A DNA stretch of 64,000 nucleotides from Candidatus Bathyarchaeota archaeon (GTDB lineage Archaea > Thermoproteota > Bathyarchaeia > Bathyarchaeales > Bathycorpusculaceae), in contig CAWGYA010000008.1 of the NCBI GenBank assembly GCA_963826715.1, positions 960,001 to 1,024,000 on the forward strand, in the 5' to 3' direction. The position numbers and the translations under genes are program-made. The notes beneath the pieces are model-generated. The model searched no databases. It saw only the letters and a list, made by a program, of their open reading frames with translations, and had not been told where the DNA came from. Shown here piece after piece: positions 9,919 to 20,319 of this stretch (within the stretch, counting starts at the first letter, position 1; each line of letters begins with the position of its first letter).

Positions 9919-11983
9919 GCTTTGCTTTCTCCTTTGTGGGGCATTTGGGATCAAGGCACAACCGCCAAGGCATGCGACCACGCAGATACACCGCCACCAC
10001 GGGTGCACAGCAGTTTCTGCAGGTAGTTGCCAAGCGCTTAACCAGCCCCGTCTGCGGCAGAGGATAAGTCACGTTGCATTTGCCTTCAAAATAGCCAATG
10101 CAACCCACAAACCTTTTCCTGCTCTTCTTTGAGCGCAAAACCACCAGTTTGCCGCCGCATCTGGGGCAGTTGCCCATGGTTCTCTCTTGTAGGCGTGCGC
10201 TTGAAAGTGCTTGGCTGAGTTGGGCGCCGACTTGCGCTTCCTGATTTTTAAGCGTGGCTGTGACGGTTTTGAGGGTTTCTATGGTGGCGTCAAGTACACT
10301 TTGCTTGGTTTCTTTGCCCTGCTCAATTGCCTCCATCTTTGCTTCAAGTGTTCGCGTCATCTCAGGCGAAACCACTGTTGGACAAAACTTCTCCAAGACC
10401 TCGGTGACTTCAAAGCCCAAATCGCTCACAGATAGGCTGTCGACGCCGTTTAGGTAGTGGCGTTTTTGCAGGGTATCTATGGTGGCTGCCCTTGTGGCTT
10501 TGGTTCCAATTTCCTCCTTCTCCATCTTTTGTAGGAGACTGCGAGGGTTGTAGCGGGGCGTCGCCTGGGTGAAATTCTGTTTTAGCAAGAGGCACTTAAC
10601 CTCGACGGGGTGCCCCTCAACCATTGTTGGCACAATCTCCTCCTTCAAATCGACGTAGGGCACATAGAGCCTAAACCAGCCCTCAAAAAGAGTCCGCGCC
10701 GAAGAGAAGCGGAAGGGGTTGCTGTTGAGGCTGACTGTGATGTTGATGCTTTGACGGACGGCTGGTTCCCCGAAAACCGCGAAAAACCGCTTCACAATCA
10801 AGTCAAAGATGTTTTTCTCTGCCAAAGCTAGGGGTTTTTTTGGTAAATTTCCTGTAGGGTAGATGGCGGGATGGGCTGAATCAGTCTTTTTGCCCTCACT
10901 GGGCTTCAAATCTGGTTTTTTGAGCAGTTCTGCGGCGTTTTTGCTGTAACTGTTGGCTTTGGCGAGTTTTTTGAGTATGTTTCGGTAGCTGATGGAGGGT
11001 GGAAGTTTTTGGCTGCTGGTTCTTGGGTAAGAAATTAGGGCGTCGAGGTAGAGCCTTTGGAGACTGTTCAGCGTGCGCATGGGGGTAATGCGGAAGTGCC
11101 TGTAGGCTTCGCTTTGCAGGCTTCCGAGGTTGAAGGGCACAAGCGGCGGCACCGAAAACTCGGCAATATCCACCGCTTCGATTCTGCCCTGTTTGGTTTT
11201 GCAGGCGTTGCGTAGTGCGGCTGCCTCAGCTTTGGTTTCTATGGTTTTAGCGTATTCTACATCAAAAACTGCCCCATCTATGGCGATTTTTGATTTTAAG
11301 CTCCAATACGGTGTGGGCACAAAGGTCTGAATCTGCTTTTCGCGTTCCTCCAGAAACCGAAGCGTAGGACCCTGCACCCGCCCAGTGCTGAGCGTGGCGT
11401 ATTGTCCGCTGCTGTTTTTGGCGGCTTGCGTCAGCGCGCGGGACAGGTTTATTCCGAAAAGCCAGTCCACTTCATGCCGAGTCATCCCTGCCTCGATTAG
11501 GCTGAAGTCCAGGCCTGGTAGCAGATGCCCGTAGGCGTCTTGGAGTTCCTCCTCGGTAAGGGTGGAGTACTTCAGGCGTTTAGCCACCACGTCTTTGCCA
11601 CCGCAGGCATATTTTAGTATGCAATAGCCGATGATGCTGCCTTCCACGTCATAGTCGCAGGCATCTACAAACACATCGGCATCCGCCGCCAGCTTGGAGA
11701 TGACATCGAGCCAAACCCGAATCCTTCCCGCCTTACGTTCGGCTAAGTAGCGGGGGACCCATCGGTAATCAAAAACGGGGTAGCCGCGTTTGCCCTTCGC
11801 TGAGGTGATGCTGTAGAGGTGCCCCAACGCGGGAACAACTCGAATTTCACCGTTCCGGAAAGCTTCATATGTGGGGACGCCGCTCTGCACGGTTTTTCTG
11901 GGGCTGCCCGCTTCGTCGAGTGCAGTGGCTATGCGGTTTGCCGCATCGGGTTTTTCGGTGATGATTAAAGTGTACTTGTTCAA
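9908..11983 (-). CDS. topA: Type IA DNA topoisomerase with C-terminal Zn ribbons
   Basis: IITEKP, GHL, DACDYDVEG TOPRIM, STGRVQGPTL, ISYPRT catalytic Tyr, IGTKATRA. Confidence 0.95.
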   Translation of the reverse strand: MNKYTLIITEKPDAANRIATALDEAGSPRKTVQSGVPTYEAFRNGEIRVVPALGHLYSITSAKGKRGYPVFDYRWVPRYLAERKAGRIRVWLDVISKLAADADVFVDACDYDVEGSIIGYCILKYACGGKDVVAKRLKYSTLTEEELQDAYGHLLPGLDFSLIEAGMTRHEVDWLFGINLSRALTQAAKNSSGQYATLSTGRVQGPTLRFLEEREKQIQTFVPTPYWSLKSKIAIDGAVFDVEYAKTIETKAEAAALRNACKTKQGRIEAVDIAEFSVPPLVPFNLGSLQSEAYRHFRITPMRTLNSLQRLYLDALISYPRTSSQKLPPSISYRNILKKLAKANSYSKNAAELLKKPDLKPSEGKKTDSAHPAIYPTGNLPKKPLALAEKNIFDLIVKRFFAVFGEPAVRQSINITVSLNSNPFRFSSARTLFEGWFRLYVPYVDLKEEIVPTMVEGHPVEVKCLLLKQNFTQATPRYNPRSLLQKMEKEEIGTKATRAATIDTLQKRHYLNGVDSLSVSDLGFEVTEVLEKFCPTVVSPEMTRTLEAKMEAIEQGKETKQSVLDATIETLKTVTATLKNQEAQVGAQLSQALSSARLQERTMGNCPRCGGKLVVLRSKKSRKRFVGCIGYFEGKCNVTYPLPQTGLVKRLATTCRNCCAPVVAVYLRGRMPWRLCLDPKCPTKEKAKHEV

Positions 11984-12046
11984 GCCCCTTTTCCTGCTCT
12001 ACAGTTGAGAAACAAGGCTATTAAAATAACCCTGCCAGTAGAGCAG

Positions 12047-13066
12047 CTATTTTTTTGGTTTCAGGGTTTTGTATTTTATCCAGTAAACCGCAACCCACAT
12101 CGCATTGGGGATACCCACAAGCAGGCTCAGCACAAACGCCCTCAACCCTCGTTTGAAGCCCCGCCGCCGAATTTGTAGCGCCGTGTAGAACAGTGCGTAG
12201 GCTGGAAACACCAATGCGAGTATGAGATTTTGGGCGGCAATTCCAATGACTGTCACTGCTATCGCGGGCAGATAGAGGAGGTAGAACACGTAGCGTTTGT
12301 ATTGCCAGAAAAAGTTGTTTCGCCACCCCTCTTTAAAGGTGTATGCGTTTACTTGCACCTCAGATTTTTTGCGGATGCCCTTAATAGCGTCACCAAACGA
12401 CATGTCGATGCAAATATCACTGTAAGCAACGTTGAACATGTTAACGTCTAAAACTGTTATGTTTGGATCCAACATCAATCTGAATCCCAACTTTTTGGCG
12501 CGTAAACAAAAATCTGTATCTTCTTGAATGGTTAACTGCTCGTTGAAAGAAATAGCTTTTGTAAGTTGCTTGGTAAGAAGTGATTGCCCCATCATAGCAG
12601 CCTTAATCTCATAGGGCATTTGTGACTGGCTGGGCGCAAGAATTTCTCGCATTTTTCCTTCAACTTCATCGGTTGAAGCCACCGTGATTTGTTTCACGGC
12701 AGCAGTCATCAGGTCTACTTGTTCATTTTCGATACCTGAAAGTAGGTTTAAGACAGCATCTTTGGGCATGATGACATCACTGTCCCAGAATAAAAGAAAC
12801 TCTCCACTTAAGTGATTTAAGCAAATGTTTCTCCCTTCAGGTATGTTGCATTTTTTAACAATTACCTTATAACCCGCGAAGTCAGATTGGGCTAATATTT
12901 TTTTTGCAAGTTCTGCAGTATCGTCTTTACTTTCACCGTCGACAAAGACGATAAATAGCTTGTTGTGAGGGTAGGTTTGGCTCTGGAGCGAGATGAGCAT
13001 TTTGTCGATTATCCATGCTCTGTTAAAAGCCACGATCCCTACTGTGATAAGCGGCGTCTTGTGCAC
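12047..13066 (-). CDS. GT2-family glycosyltransferase with C-terminal TM helices
   Basis: VDGESKDDT, GRN, FWDSDV DxD, EDTDFCLR. Confidence 0.88.
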   Translation of the reverse strand: MHKTPLITVGIVAFNRAWIIDKMLISLQSQTYPHNKLFIVFVDGESKDDTAELAKKILAQSDFAGYKVIVKKCNIPEGRNICLNHLSGEFLLFWDSDVIMPKDAVLNLLSGIENEQVDLMTAAVKQITVASTDEVEGKMREILAPSQSQMPYEIKAAMMGQSLLTKQLTKAISFNEQLTIQEDTDFCLRAKKLGFRLMLDPNITVLDVNMFNVAYSDICIDMSFGDAIKGIRKKSEVQVNAYTFKEGWRNNFFWQYKRYVFYLLYLPAIAVTVIGIAAQNLILALVFPAYALFYTALQIRRRGFKRGLRAFVLSLLVGIPNAMWVAVYWIKYKTLKPKK

Positions 13067-13178
13067 TTAATTCACACATCTTTTACTCAAAATCAATGGA
13101 TGGTGTTAAATAACTTTCCCAGCAAACTGATAAATACAGCGGTAACCATACCCCGTATAATATTTAGGGATGTTTGGG

Positions 13179-13352
13179 ATGCCTCAACGTGTCATTTGTC
13201 ATGGCTGTAGTCATGTACTCTATGAAGGCGTAGAGCTAAAACCCCCCGACGAAATTATTCAGCAGTGTGGTGGGAAATGCCCCAAATGCGGACGCAAACT
13301 TTCTCTGTTGCCCATTGGTATTGAAGTTACACCGATAAGCAGAAAACGTTAA
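13179..13352 (+). CDS. small zinc-ribbon protein
   Basis: ATG at 13179; CHGC...CPKCGRKL, 57 aa. Confidence 0.75.
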   Translation: MPQRVICHGCSHVLYEGVELKPPDEIIQQCGGKCPKCGRKLSLLPIGIEVTPISRKR

Positions 13353-13649
13353 TTCCAGGTTTTTCTGGCATTGCTATCTTCTTGTTATAACTTTTGAAAT
13401 TAAGTGTTAGTTTTTAGTGTTAGAAGAGTCATATTGGCTATGCTGTTCGTCTCTTATACAGATAGATTTGCATAGTTTAAAACGAGTTTTTCCCGCACTA
13501 TTCATTGGGTTTGCAGATTTGATCTAAAATACAATACAAAACAGTTCAAGCTGTCGAACCCCTTCAAGTTATGTTTTGGAAAGCCATAAATAAATCTACC
13601 ATGTGTAAAATAGTACAATCGAAATATACATGGAACGAGATGGCTTTAA

Positions 13650-15938
13650 GTGGGGGAAACAATCAAGGAAAAGCTCGGAAAGGGCTTTTCATTTTTCGAC
13701 AGGTTCGGTATTCATGTAAGCCATGGTACAATCATTGCTTATGCCGCATTAATCATGATTCTCTTTGTCGCATTTACAATACGTATTTTGCCTCTGCGCT
13801 GGGAAAACCTTGCCGCGGGAACAGCTTACCTCAATGAGTTTGACCCCTACTATCAGTTCAGTTTAACCCAGCATATGGTGCAAAACGGACCCCTATCGCC
13901 ATATTATCCTGTACCTTGGATTAATGAAATGAAGTGGTATCCAAACGGCTTGGATATGTCAGGTGCACTGCCAGCTCTCCCTATAACTGCATGGGCACTT
14001 TACAGCATAATTTCTGTATTCGGTAACTTTGATTTGATGACTTTCTGCTCGATTCTTCCTGCATTTATTGCAGTAATTTCATGCATTATCCTTTATTTAA
14101 TTGGTAAAGACATGGGTGGGCGCACAGTTGGCTTATTTTCAGCGCTTTTCCTTGCACTTGCCCCATCTTTTCTTCAGAGAAGTTCCTTGGGCTTCTTTGA
14201 CACCGAGGTTCCTGGTGTCTTAGGTTTAGTCGTATTCATCTTCTTGTTCCTGAGATCCTTAGATGGCAACCGCTCCTTAAGGGGATCACTAATTTATTCT
14301 CTAGGCGCAGGTGCAGCCCTGGCATACTTCATCGCAGGTTGGGGTGCAGCTTACTATATAATTGGTTTGTCAGTGCTCTTTGTCTTTGTCTTGGTTCTAC
14401 TCAGACGTTACAGCCAAAGGATGCTGATCAACTATAGCGTAACCTTCGGTTTAGCCCTCTTCATTGGAACCAAAATCCCCTATATTTCACTCGACTATCT
14501 GATTTCAGGCGCAGTTTTGCCTGTAGCAGCTGTATTTGTAGTACTGATTGTCGCTGAGTTACTGCGTAACAACATATCCGCAAGAAGTAAGCTGACACTA
14601 GCTGTCGCCTCAGCGGTTGTAATAATCAGCGGGTTCGTTGCATTAGGCGTAACTGGCGCATTAGGTGGTTTAGCCGGCAAATTTATCACGGTTATCGATC
14701 CTTTCATTCGTGCGTCTTCACCGCTCATCGACTCTGTGGCTGAACAACGTATTTCTGCCTGGGGGAACCTCTATATTGAAATGGGTATCAGCATACTCTT
14801 TTTCCTCGTCGGATTATACTTCACACTCAAGAAACCGACCAACAGGAATGTTTTCTTGTTATTGTTCGCTGCAACCTCTCTGTACTTTGCAACATCAATG
14901 ATTCGATTGTTGGTGATTTTCGCGCCAGCATTCGCAATAATAGCAGCTATAGGTATCGTGGGTTTAATCAAACCATTCTTTAATATCCTTCAGGAAGCAC
15001 CAAAGGTGATTACAAAAGCCAAACGCAAACTGCCACGTGTTAGCAAAGAGTATAGTGGCATTGCCATCCTAGTTATTTTCCTGTTACTAGTTACAAACTT
15101 TGCCTTTTCGCCTCAAACAGGTGGAACACCCAGAGCTGTATCTCAGGCATATGTGCCAACAGCCATCAGCGGTTCAAGTATGCCAGTTGGAGGACCTAAC
15201 CTGAACCAGCCTATTGGCGCATGGCTCGATGCAGTTGATTGGCTTAAAACAAATGCACACTCAACCGATGTAGTTGTGATGTGGTGGGACTATGGAAACT
15301 GGCTAAGTGATTTAGGAAACGTAACCACGCTCGCGGATAATACTACAAACAATAGCACTCAGATAGAGAACTTGGGCTTCGCCTTAATGGGCGACGAGAA
15401 ACAGACCCTTCAAATGCTCTCAACTTACGACCAATCTCGTGTCAAATACATCGCAGTTTTCCTTTCACTAGGATTCGCTCAAGGCAGCAGTACATCCTCC
15501 ACAACACAATCATACGTTGCTTACCCAGCAGGATTGGCTGACGAAGGCAAATGGGTATGGATGGCACGAATCTCAGGGCAGGCAAAACAACGGTTTATAG
15601 ATGAAGGTTTCGTAAGCGCTTCTCAAGCATGGACCAATGAATCATCATTCGGTGCATCGAACCAGCAAACGGGGCAATGGGAATGGAATGATCGCGGCTT
15701 AAACAGTACAGTCTTCAAGCTACTAAATAACGCGGAAGTTCAATATTGCACTGGACTGCAAATTGCCGGTTTAGACATTACTCCTGACCAGTCAGTAGCA
15801 CCGCCGACCTACTTCACAGAAGCCTACTTTGCTGGCTTAAATGTCTCGCCAGCTCAATATGGTGGAATAGTGCCTATTGTGGCTATCTACTCGATTGATT
15901 GGGACTCCTATAATGCCGCCATTGGATCAACGGGTTAA
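13650..15938 (+). CDS. aglB: Oligosaccharyltransferase AglB/STT3
   Basis: EFDPYY, GFFDTE, SVAEQ, WWDYG, DNxT; multi-TM N-terminal half. Confidence 0.95.
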   Translation: MGETIKEKLGKGFSFFDRFGIHVSHGTIIAYAALIMILFVAFTIRILPLRWENLAAGTAYLNEFDPYYQFSLTQHMVQNGPLSPYYPVPWINEMKWYPNGLDMSGALPALPITAWALYSIISVFGNFDLMTFCSILPAFIAVISCIILYLIGKDMGGRTVGLFSALFLALAPSFLQRSSLGFFDTEVPGVLGLVVFIFLFLRSLDGNRSLRGSLIYSLGAGAALAYFIAGWGAAYYIIGLSVLFVFVLVLLRRYSQRMLINYSVTFGLALFIGTKIPYISLDYLISGAVLPVAAVFVVLIVAELLRNNISARSKLTLAVASAVVIISGFVALGVTGALGGLAGKFITVIDPFIRASSPLIDSVAEQRISAWGNLYIEMGISILFFLVGLYFTLKKPTNRNVFLLLFAATSLYFATSMIRLLVIFAPAFAIIAAIGIVGLIKPFFNILQEAPKVITKAKRKLPRVSKEYSGIAILVIFLLLVTNFAFSPQTGGTPRAVSQAYVPTAISGSSMPVGGPNLNQPIGAWLDAVDWLKTNAHSTDVVVMWWDYGNWLSDLGNVTTLADNTTNNSTQIENLGFALMGDEKQTLQMLSTYDQSRVKYIAVFLSLGFAQGSSTSSTTQSYVAYPAGLADEGKWVWMARISGQAKQRFIDEGFVSASQAWTNESSFGASNQQTGQWEWNDRGLNSTVFKLLNNAEVQYCTGLQIAGLDITPDQSVAPPTYFTEAYFAGLNVSPAQYGGIVPIVAIYSIDWDSYNAAIGSTG

Positions 15939-15960
15939 ATTGTGAATAGGGAGCGGTAGA

Positions 15961-16827
15961 TTGTTCCCCAAGGTTCCTGACCAGCACAAAGTTGGTAGAC
16001 CTTTAATCCCCAACGGCATAGGCGTATTCTACGTCCTATTCACAACAGTTTATCTTTTTTTGATTTATTTTATGCAAGAAAGTAGTAGTCAAATACTCCC
16101 AGTTTCTGCAGCCTTTACTTTAGCGGCATGCGTACTTTTTGGCGGCTTTATGGGTATGATGGATGACTGGATAGATTTGAAATGGCGCTATAAAGCATTC
16201 ATGCCTCTTATCGCTGCGTTGCCACTTATTTACTTCGCTATGGTAACAGGTGCTAGAACAAGCATTTCACTTCCTATTTTGGGGACAATAGATTTTGGAG
16301 CTGCCTACTTCTACCTCATTATACCTCTAATTGTGATGATAGTAACTAATACTGTTAATCAGCTTGGAGGATTAAACGGGTTGGAATCACTTTGCCCTGC
16401 TATTGTAATTATTGGGATGATGGCGTTTTCACCTAACTACCTTTTAATGATTGGGCCCATGTTTTTTTGGTTGATTTTAGCATTTTTAAACGTTTCAGGC
16501 AAGATTTTCGTGGGGAACACGGGGTCTTTCGCCATAGGTATGACTGTCGCATCTTTCGCTATTATCTCTGACCTAAAAGTGAACCTGTTAATCTCAATTT
16601 TGCCTTTCATATTCAACTCTGCGGTCATCTTGCTTTCTGTTTTCTTTGTACATAAAAAAGCCGCAGTGAAATTTGATGGCGAACGTCTTTACTCCGACAG
16701 TAGAAAGAGCATAGTAACAATTATCACCTACCATAGGTCCTTAACGGAACGCCAAATAGTTGCAATAATTGCTTTGATTGTAACACTATTTACTTTGCTT
16801 GCTGCACTCATCCAATTATTTGCATAA
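15961..16827 (+). CDS. Polyprenyl-phosphate GlcNAc-1-P transferase (AglH/DPAGT1/MraY family)
   Basis: GMMDDW.DLKWRYK, NTVNQLGGLNGLE, KIFVGNTGS; directly after aglB. Confidence 0.82.
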   Translation: MFPKVPDQHKVGRPLIPNGIGVFYVLFTTVYLFLIYFMQESSSQILPVSAAFTLAACVLFGGFMGMMDDWIDLKWRYKAFMPLIAALPLIYFAMVTGARTSISLPILGTIDFGAAYFYLIIPLIVMIVTNTVNQLGGLNGLESLCPAIVIIGMMAFSPNYLLMIGPMFFWLILAFLNVSGKIFVGNTGSFAIGMTVASFAIISDLKVNLLISILPFIFNSAVILLSVFFVHKKAAVKFDGERLYSDSRKSIVTIITYHRSLTERQIVAIIALIVTLFTLLAALIQLFA

Positions 16828-16905
16828 TTGAGCTGTTTAATTCAAGGGGATGGTTCAGGCAAGTGTCCATTAAATGCCAAAAAACTTTCCCCTCATCAAC
16901 AAAGC

Positions 16906-19650
16906 TTAAACGCCCAGAAAACTGGCAAGTCGTGTTAATCCAATTATTTCATCGAAGTTCAATCCCAAGGCATCGAGAACTTGGTCAAAGGTAGATTGTA
17001 GGTACGCCACATATTTGTCAACATCCACTTCATTGCGGCTAGCAAGCTCCACGGGTTTGACGTGTTCTTTACTCATGACTTTCACGAAGCTAATGAGGTC
17101 GCCTGAATGTATTTCTTTACCGCTTTCTTGAAGTACTCTTGCGGCTTTCACATGTTGCGGTGTGGTTTTAGTGTAGCTTGCTAATTCATCTCCAAGTACC
17201 ACATGGAATGCGAGTTCGTTGTTGTCTTTCCATTCTCGTCGTTTGAGTATGTTATAGCGCTCGCGGACAATTGTGGCGATGTCCTTTCGAGCTTTTTCGA
17301 AGTCCTCGGGGTTCTTGACTTTGGCGAGCCGTTCCTTCATTTGGTTAAACGCGTCTCTGATGAATATAGGAATGTGTTTTTTCTTACCCGTTAATCCCTT
17401 TACATCGACTGTTCCATCTTCCAATACCCCCAAATAGTTCTTTTTACGGCTGCTAAAAACTGCGTAACGGTAGGTTTTCTCCATATCAATACCCATGCCT
17501 AACTCATTCTCAGTATAGTGGATCACATCGTCAATTTGTTCTCTTGTAGGGTTTTTTAGAAAGACACTGTCAGTATCGCCGTAGAGGACTGTAATTCCTA
17601 CAGCTTCGGCATGCTTGAGGATTTGGGTAATACTGTAGCGTCCGATTGCTGCGGTGGCTTCTGCGACGGGTGGGCAGTAGAGGTCAAAGCTGTCAGCGCC
17701 AAAAACGCCGTAGCTCGCGTTTAAAATGACTTTAAGTGCACCTTGTGCGATGCTATACCAGCTTCGTAGCTCAGGTGGCAAGGTTTTGTCTTTTGCTCGG
17801 CTTTTGTACCAGCGTACACGTAAATCCCGCAGCGAACCAATTAACAGACTTTCCAACGCTAGCTTCTTAGTGCAAACCCAATGTTGCGTGTCGGGAATGG
17901 TGTGTTCCTTACAGCCGAGATGGTTACATCGGATAGACTGGTAACCGAGGTTCCACACTTTAATGATGCTTGGGTACAGGCTAGGAAAGTCCATGACCGC
18001 AACGTTAAAGTGTACACCTGGTTTAGGCTCCACAACAATTGCACCCTTGTACTTTTTGCCTTTGATAACAGCAGTGGTTGAAGTTTTTCCTTTTTTGGTT
18101 AGGATGTCTTCGCTGTTAGGGATAAGCATATTCCGTTTTCTGTGTTCACGGTGCATGAAATTGCGTATCCATCTGCTAACGCCCTGTCGACTTACATCCT
18201 CCATCGGCATACTGGCTATTCGGGCTAATACCAGAATCAGTTTCATGGCGGAGTCGTTGTCGTGACTTGTAAGTTTATATGTGATTTCGCTGTCTCGAAG
18301 GCAATAGGCAGCAAGTTCGCTATAGTTAAGGTCGCCGAAATCCTTTGATAGTTGTATTTTTGGTGTACCTATGAGTGCGTTTCCCACATCATTTAGGCTA
18401 ACGTCTTTGTAGCGTCCACCATATGCATATATTTGTACGCTGCGATTGAAGAAAAACTTGTAGAGATCAATATGGATGCCATAGCGTAGCAGGCAGACCC
18501 GTTTTCCGATTTCGATAGGTACATCTTTTTTTGTAAAACCCAAATTATAAGCTCGATGGGCAAGATAACGGAGATCAAAGTCATCGCCGTTAAAAGTCAA
18601 GATAAAGGCGTAATCATTTAAGACATCAAAGACCTTGCGAAGTAACTCCTCTTCAGATTCACAAAACTCGATCTCCATGCCTGCCGTGAGTTTAGGGTTG
18701 CCATCTGTCATACCTTCACGTTTGAGAACGAAAATTTTTTTTTCACCGTCGCTACTGTAAACTGAGCAGGCGATAACTGGGCATGCGCCTTCGCGGGCGT
18801 CGGGTACTCGGCTAGCCAACGGCGAGTAAACTTCGATGTCTATAGCTGCTCGTCGAAATTGAGGCGCAGGATATTCGAGCAATTCAGCCCACATCATAGA
18901 GAACTCAGTGTACTCCATTTCAGCTTCAGTTTTGCAGTCGGAGAATAATGACCGGATTTTGTTCAGGTTCTCAGTTGCTGATTCCACAACAACAGGTTCA
19001 AGGTTCCCGTTGCGGACGCGATAAATCATACCTGGCAAAAGTCTTTGGTCGTAAATGTAGGACTGGTAATATTTGATTTTTGATTCCCAAATTTTTGTCT
19101 CACTGTCTTGGATTTGGCAACCAAAGACTTTGGGGTAATCTTCTGGGATGATATCCCGGATGGTGCCGGATGGTCTGCCGCCTATTGCCAGAGGGTCTCT
19201 GGCGACGATTTTGGTAACATGTATTGTTCTGTCGTTTAAGGGGTCAATTCTTTCTTCAGTTTGAAAGCTGTCAAAGCCTTCATGTTCAGTTACTCTTGAG
19301 AACAACTTCACCTCATCTTCTGAGAGGTTGGTTAAGCAGTAAGGTTTGTGTCCCGTATTATCATACCAGAAATAGATTTGCCCAGATTCCGGCTCGTAGA
19401 GCTTAATGACCGCTTTCCTCAGTCTCCCATCATATGTAGCTGAAACAAAATAGGAGGGCGGCAGATTCTCCGGAGCAATGGGTGGGTAATGGTGATGTAC
19501 TATCTTTTTTTGCTTCAACGGTTCCGATGGTGCTGAGGTTACTTGGGTTTGGGGTTGAGGTTCAGAAGCTGGCAGCGCTTGCGCTGTTACCTCTTCTTTT
19601 TGCGATGATTCAGCTGGATGACTAAACCAGTGATCGAGTGTGCTCGCCAT
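16906..19650 (-). CDS. polB1: Family B DNA polymerase, PolB1 type
   Basis: YDNTGHKPY N-terminus, DIEV/FNGDDFD/DSE exonuclease, DFPSLYPS, KVILNASYG, YGDTDS, KKNY. Confidence 0.93.
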   Translation of the reverse strand: MASTLDHWFSHPAESSQKEEVTAQALPASEPQPQTQVTSAPSEPLKQKKIVHHHYPPIAPENLPPSYFVSATYDGRLRKAVIKLYEPESGQIYFWYDNTGHKPYCLTNLSEDEVKLFSRVTEHEGFDSFQTEERIDPLNDRTIHVTKIVARDPLAIGGRPSGTIRDIIPEDYPKVFGCQIQDSETKIWESKIKYYQSYIYDQRLLPGMIYRVRNGNLEPVVVESATENLNKIRSLFSDCKTEAEMEYTEFSMMWAELLEYPAPQFRRAAIDIEVYSPLASRVPDAREGACPVIACSVYSSDGEKKIFVLKREGMTDGNPKLTAGMEIEFCESEEELLRKVFDVLNDYAFILTFNGDDFDLRYLAHRAYNLGFTKKDVPIEIGKRVCLLRYGIHIDLYKFFFNRSVQIYAYGGRYKDVSLNDVGNALIGTPKIQLSKDFGDLNYSELAAYCLRDSEITYKLTSHDNDSAMKLILVLARIASMPMEDVSRQGVSRWIRNFMHREHRKRNMLIPNSEDILTKKGKTSTTAVIKGKKYKGAIVVEPKPGVHFNVAVMDFPSLYPSIIKVWNLGYQSIRCNHLGCKEHTIPDTQHWVCTKKLALESLLIGSLRDLRVRWYKSRAKDKTLPPELRSWYSIAQGALKVILNASYGVFGADSFDLYCPPVAEATAAIGRYSITQILKHAEAVGITVLYGDTDSVFLKNPTREQIDDVIHYTENELGMGIDMEKTYRYAVFSSRKKNYLGVLEDGTVDVKGLTGKKKHIPIFIRDAFNQMKERLAKVKNPEDFEKARKDIATIVRERYNILKRREWKDNNELAFHVVLGDELASYTKTTPQHVKAARVLQESGKEIHSGDLISFVKVMSKEHVKPVELASRNEVDVDKYVAYLQSTFDQVLDALGLNFDEIIGLTRLASFLGV

Positions 19651-20319
19651 CCCAATTTAACCTTGCTTAGGTAATTGGTACATAGAGACTAAAATGTATA
19701 GTGACAAAAAAGAAAAGGACTAACCCATGCTTTTTTGATTAAAAAAGGCAATGTTTTTTTATAAAAACTGGCTGGCCACTTGGGGTTAGGTTTGGTATGT
19801 TTGAAAACCTGTGTTTATGGTTCTACGGTTAAGGGAGATGTTTTTGGGTTTTGACGCGGTTAACTTTTTTTGGTGCAAATATTTCTCAGCATTCCAAGCA
19901 CATATATTGCCCCGAAAGGATTGTGGTAGCTTCTTCACCTGATTATTTGATCCAATTCAATTTGCACTTCTAATAAAGAAAAACGAAAAAGACGCTTAAA
20001 CTAATGTGTGCGATTCAATTGCTGCGCACTATTTTTCCCAAGTTCTTTGAATTCCTCTAATCTATCGTATATACGAATGCACTTAGAACCACTTTTCTCC
20101 GCTTGTCTTTTCTGCTTTTATTCACATTTGTCTATGTGCCCTCATCTCAGTCTAACTTTCTCTGAAAACCTTTACATCTATTTATTGAGCTTGCCCTGCT
20201 CTTCAAGGATAGGCACGGATGGAATTTCAAAAATATATGGTTGCTTTTTTGCAACAACATTAGTTTTGAGTTTGAAGTCCTTATTTACTAGCAGTGCATT
20301 TGATTTGGTGTGAAATAAT

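Noticed and set aside
9900-12350. Visibly higher G+C around topA as a foreign island
   Set aside because: The genes are core and operon-coupled, no mobility genes or boundary repeats were seen, and composition could not be quantified.
16906-19650. Intein in PolB
   Set aside because: Length and motif spacing are normal; no splice-junction or LAGLIDADG motifs.
19820-20300. Minus-strand protein-like fragments (for example YMCLEC)
   Set aside because: Multiple stops and no recognisable family; cannot support a pseudogene call.
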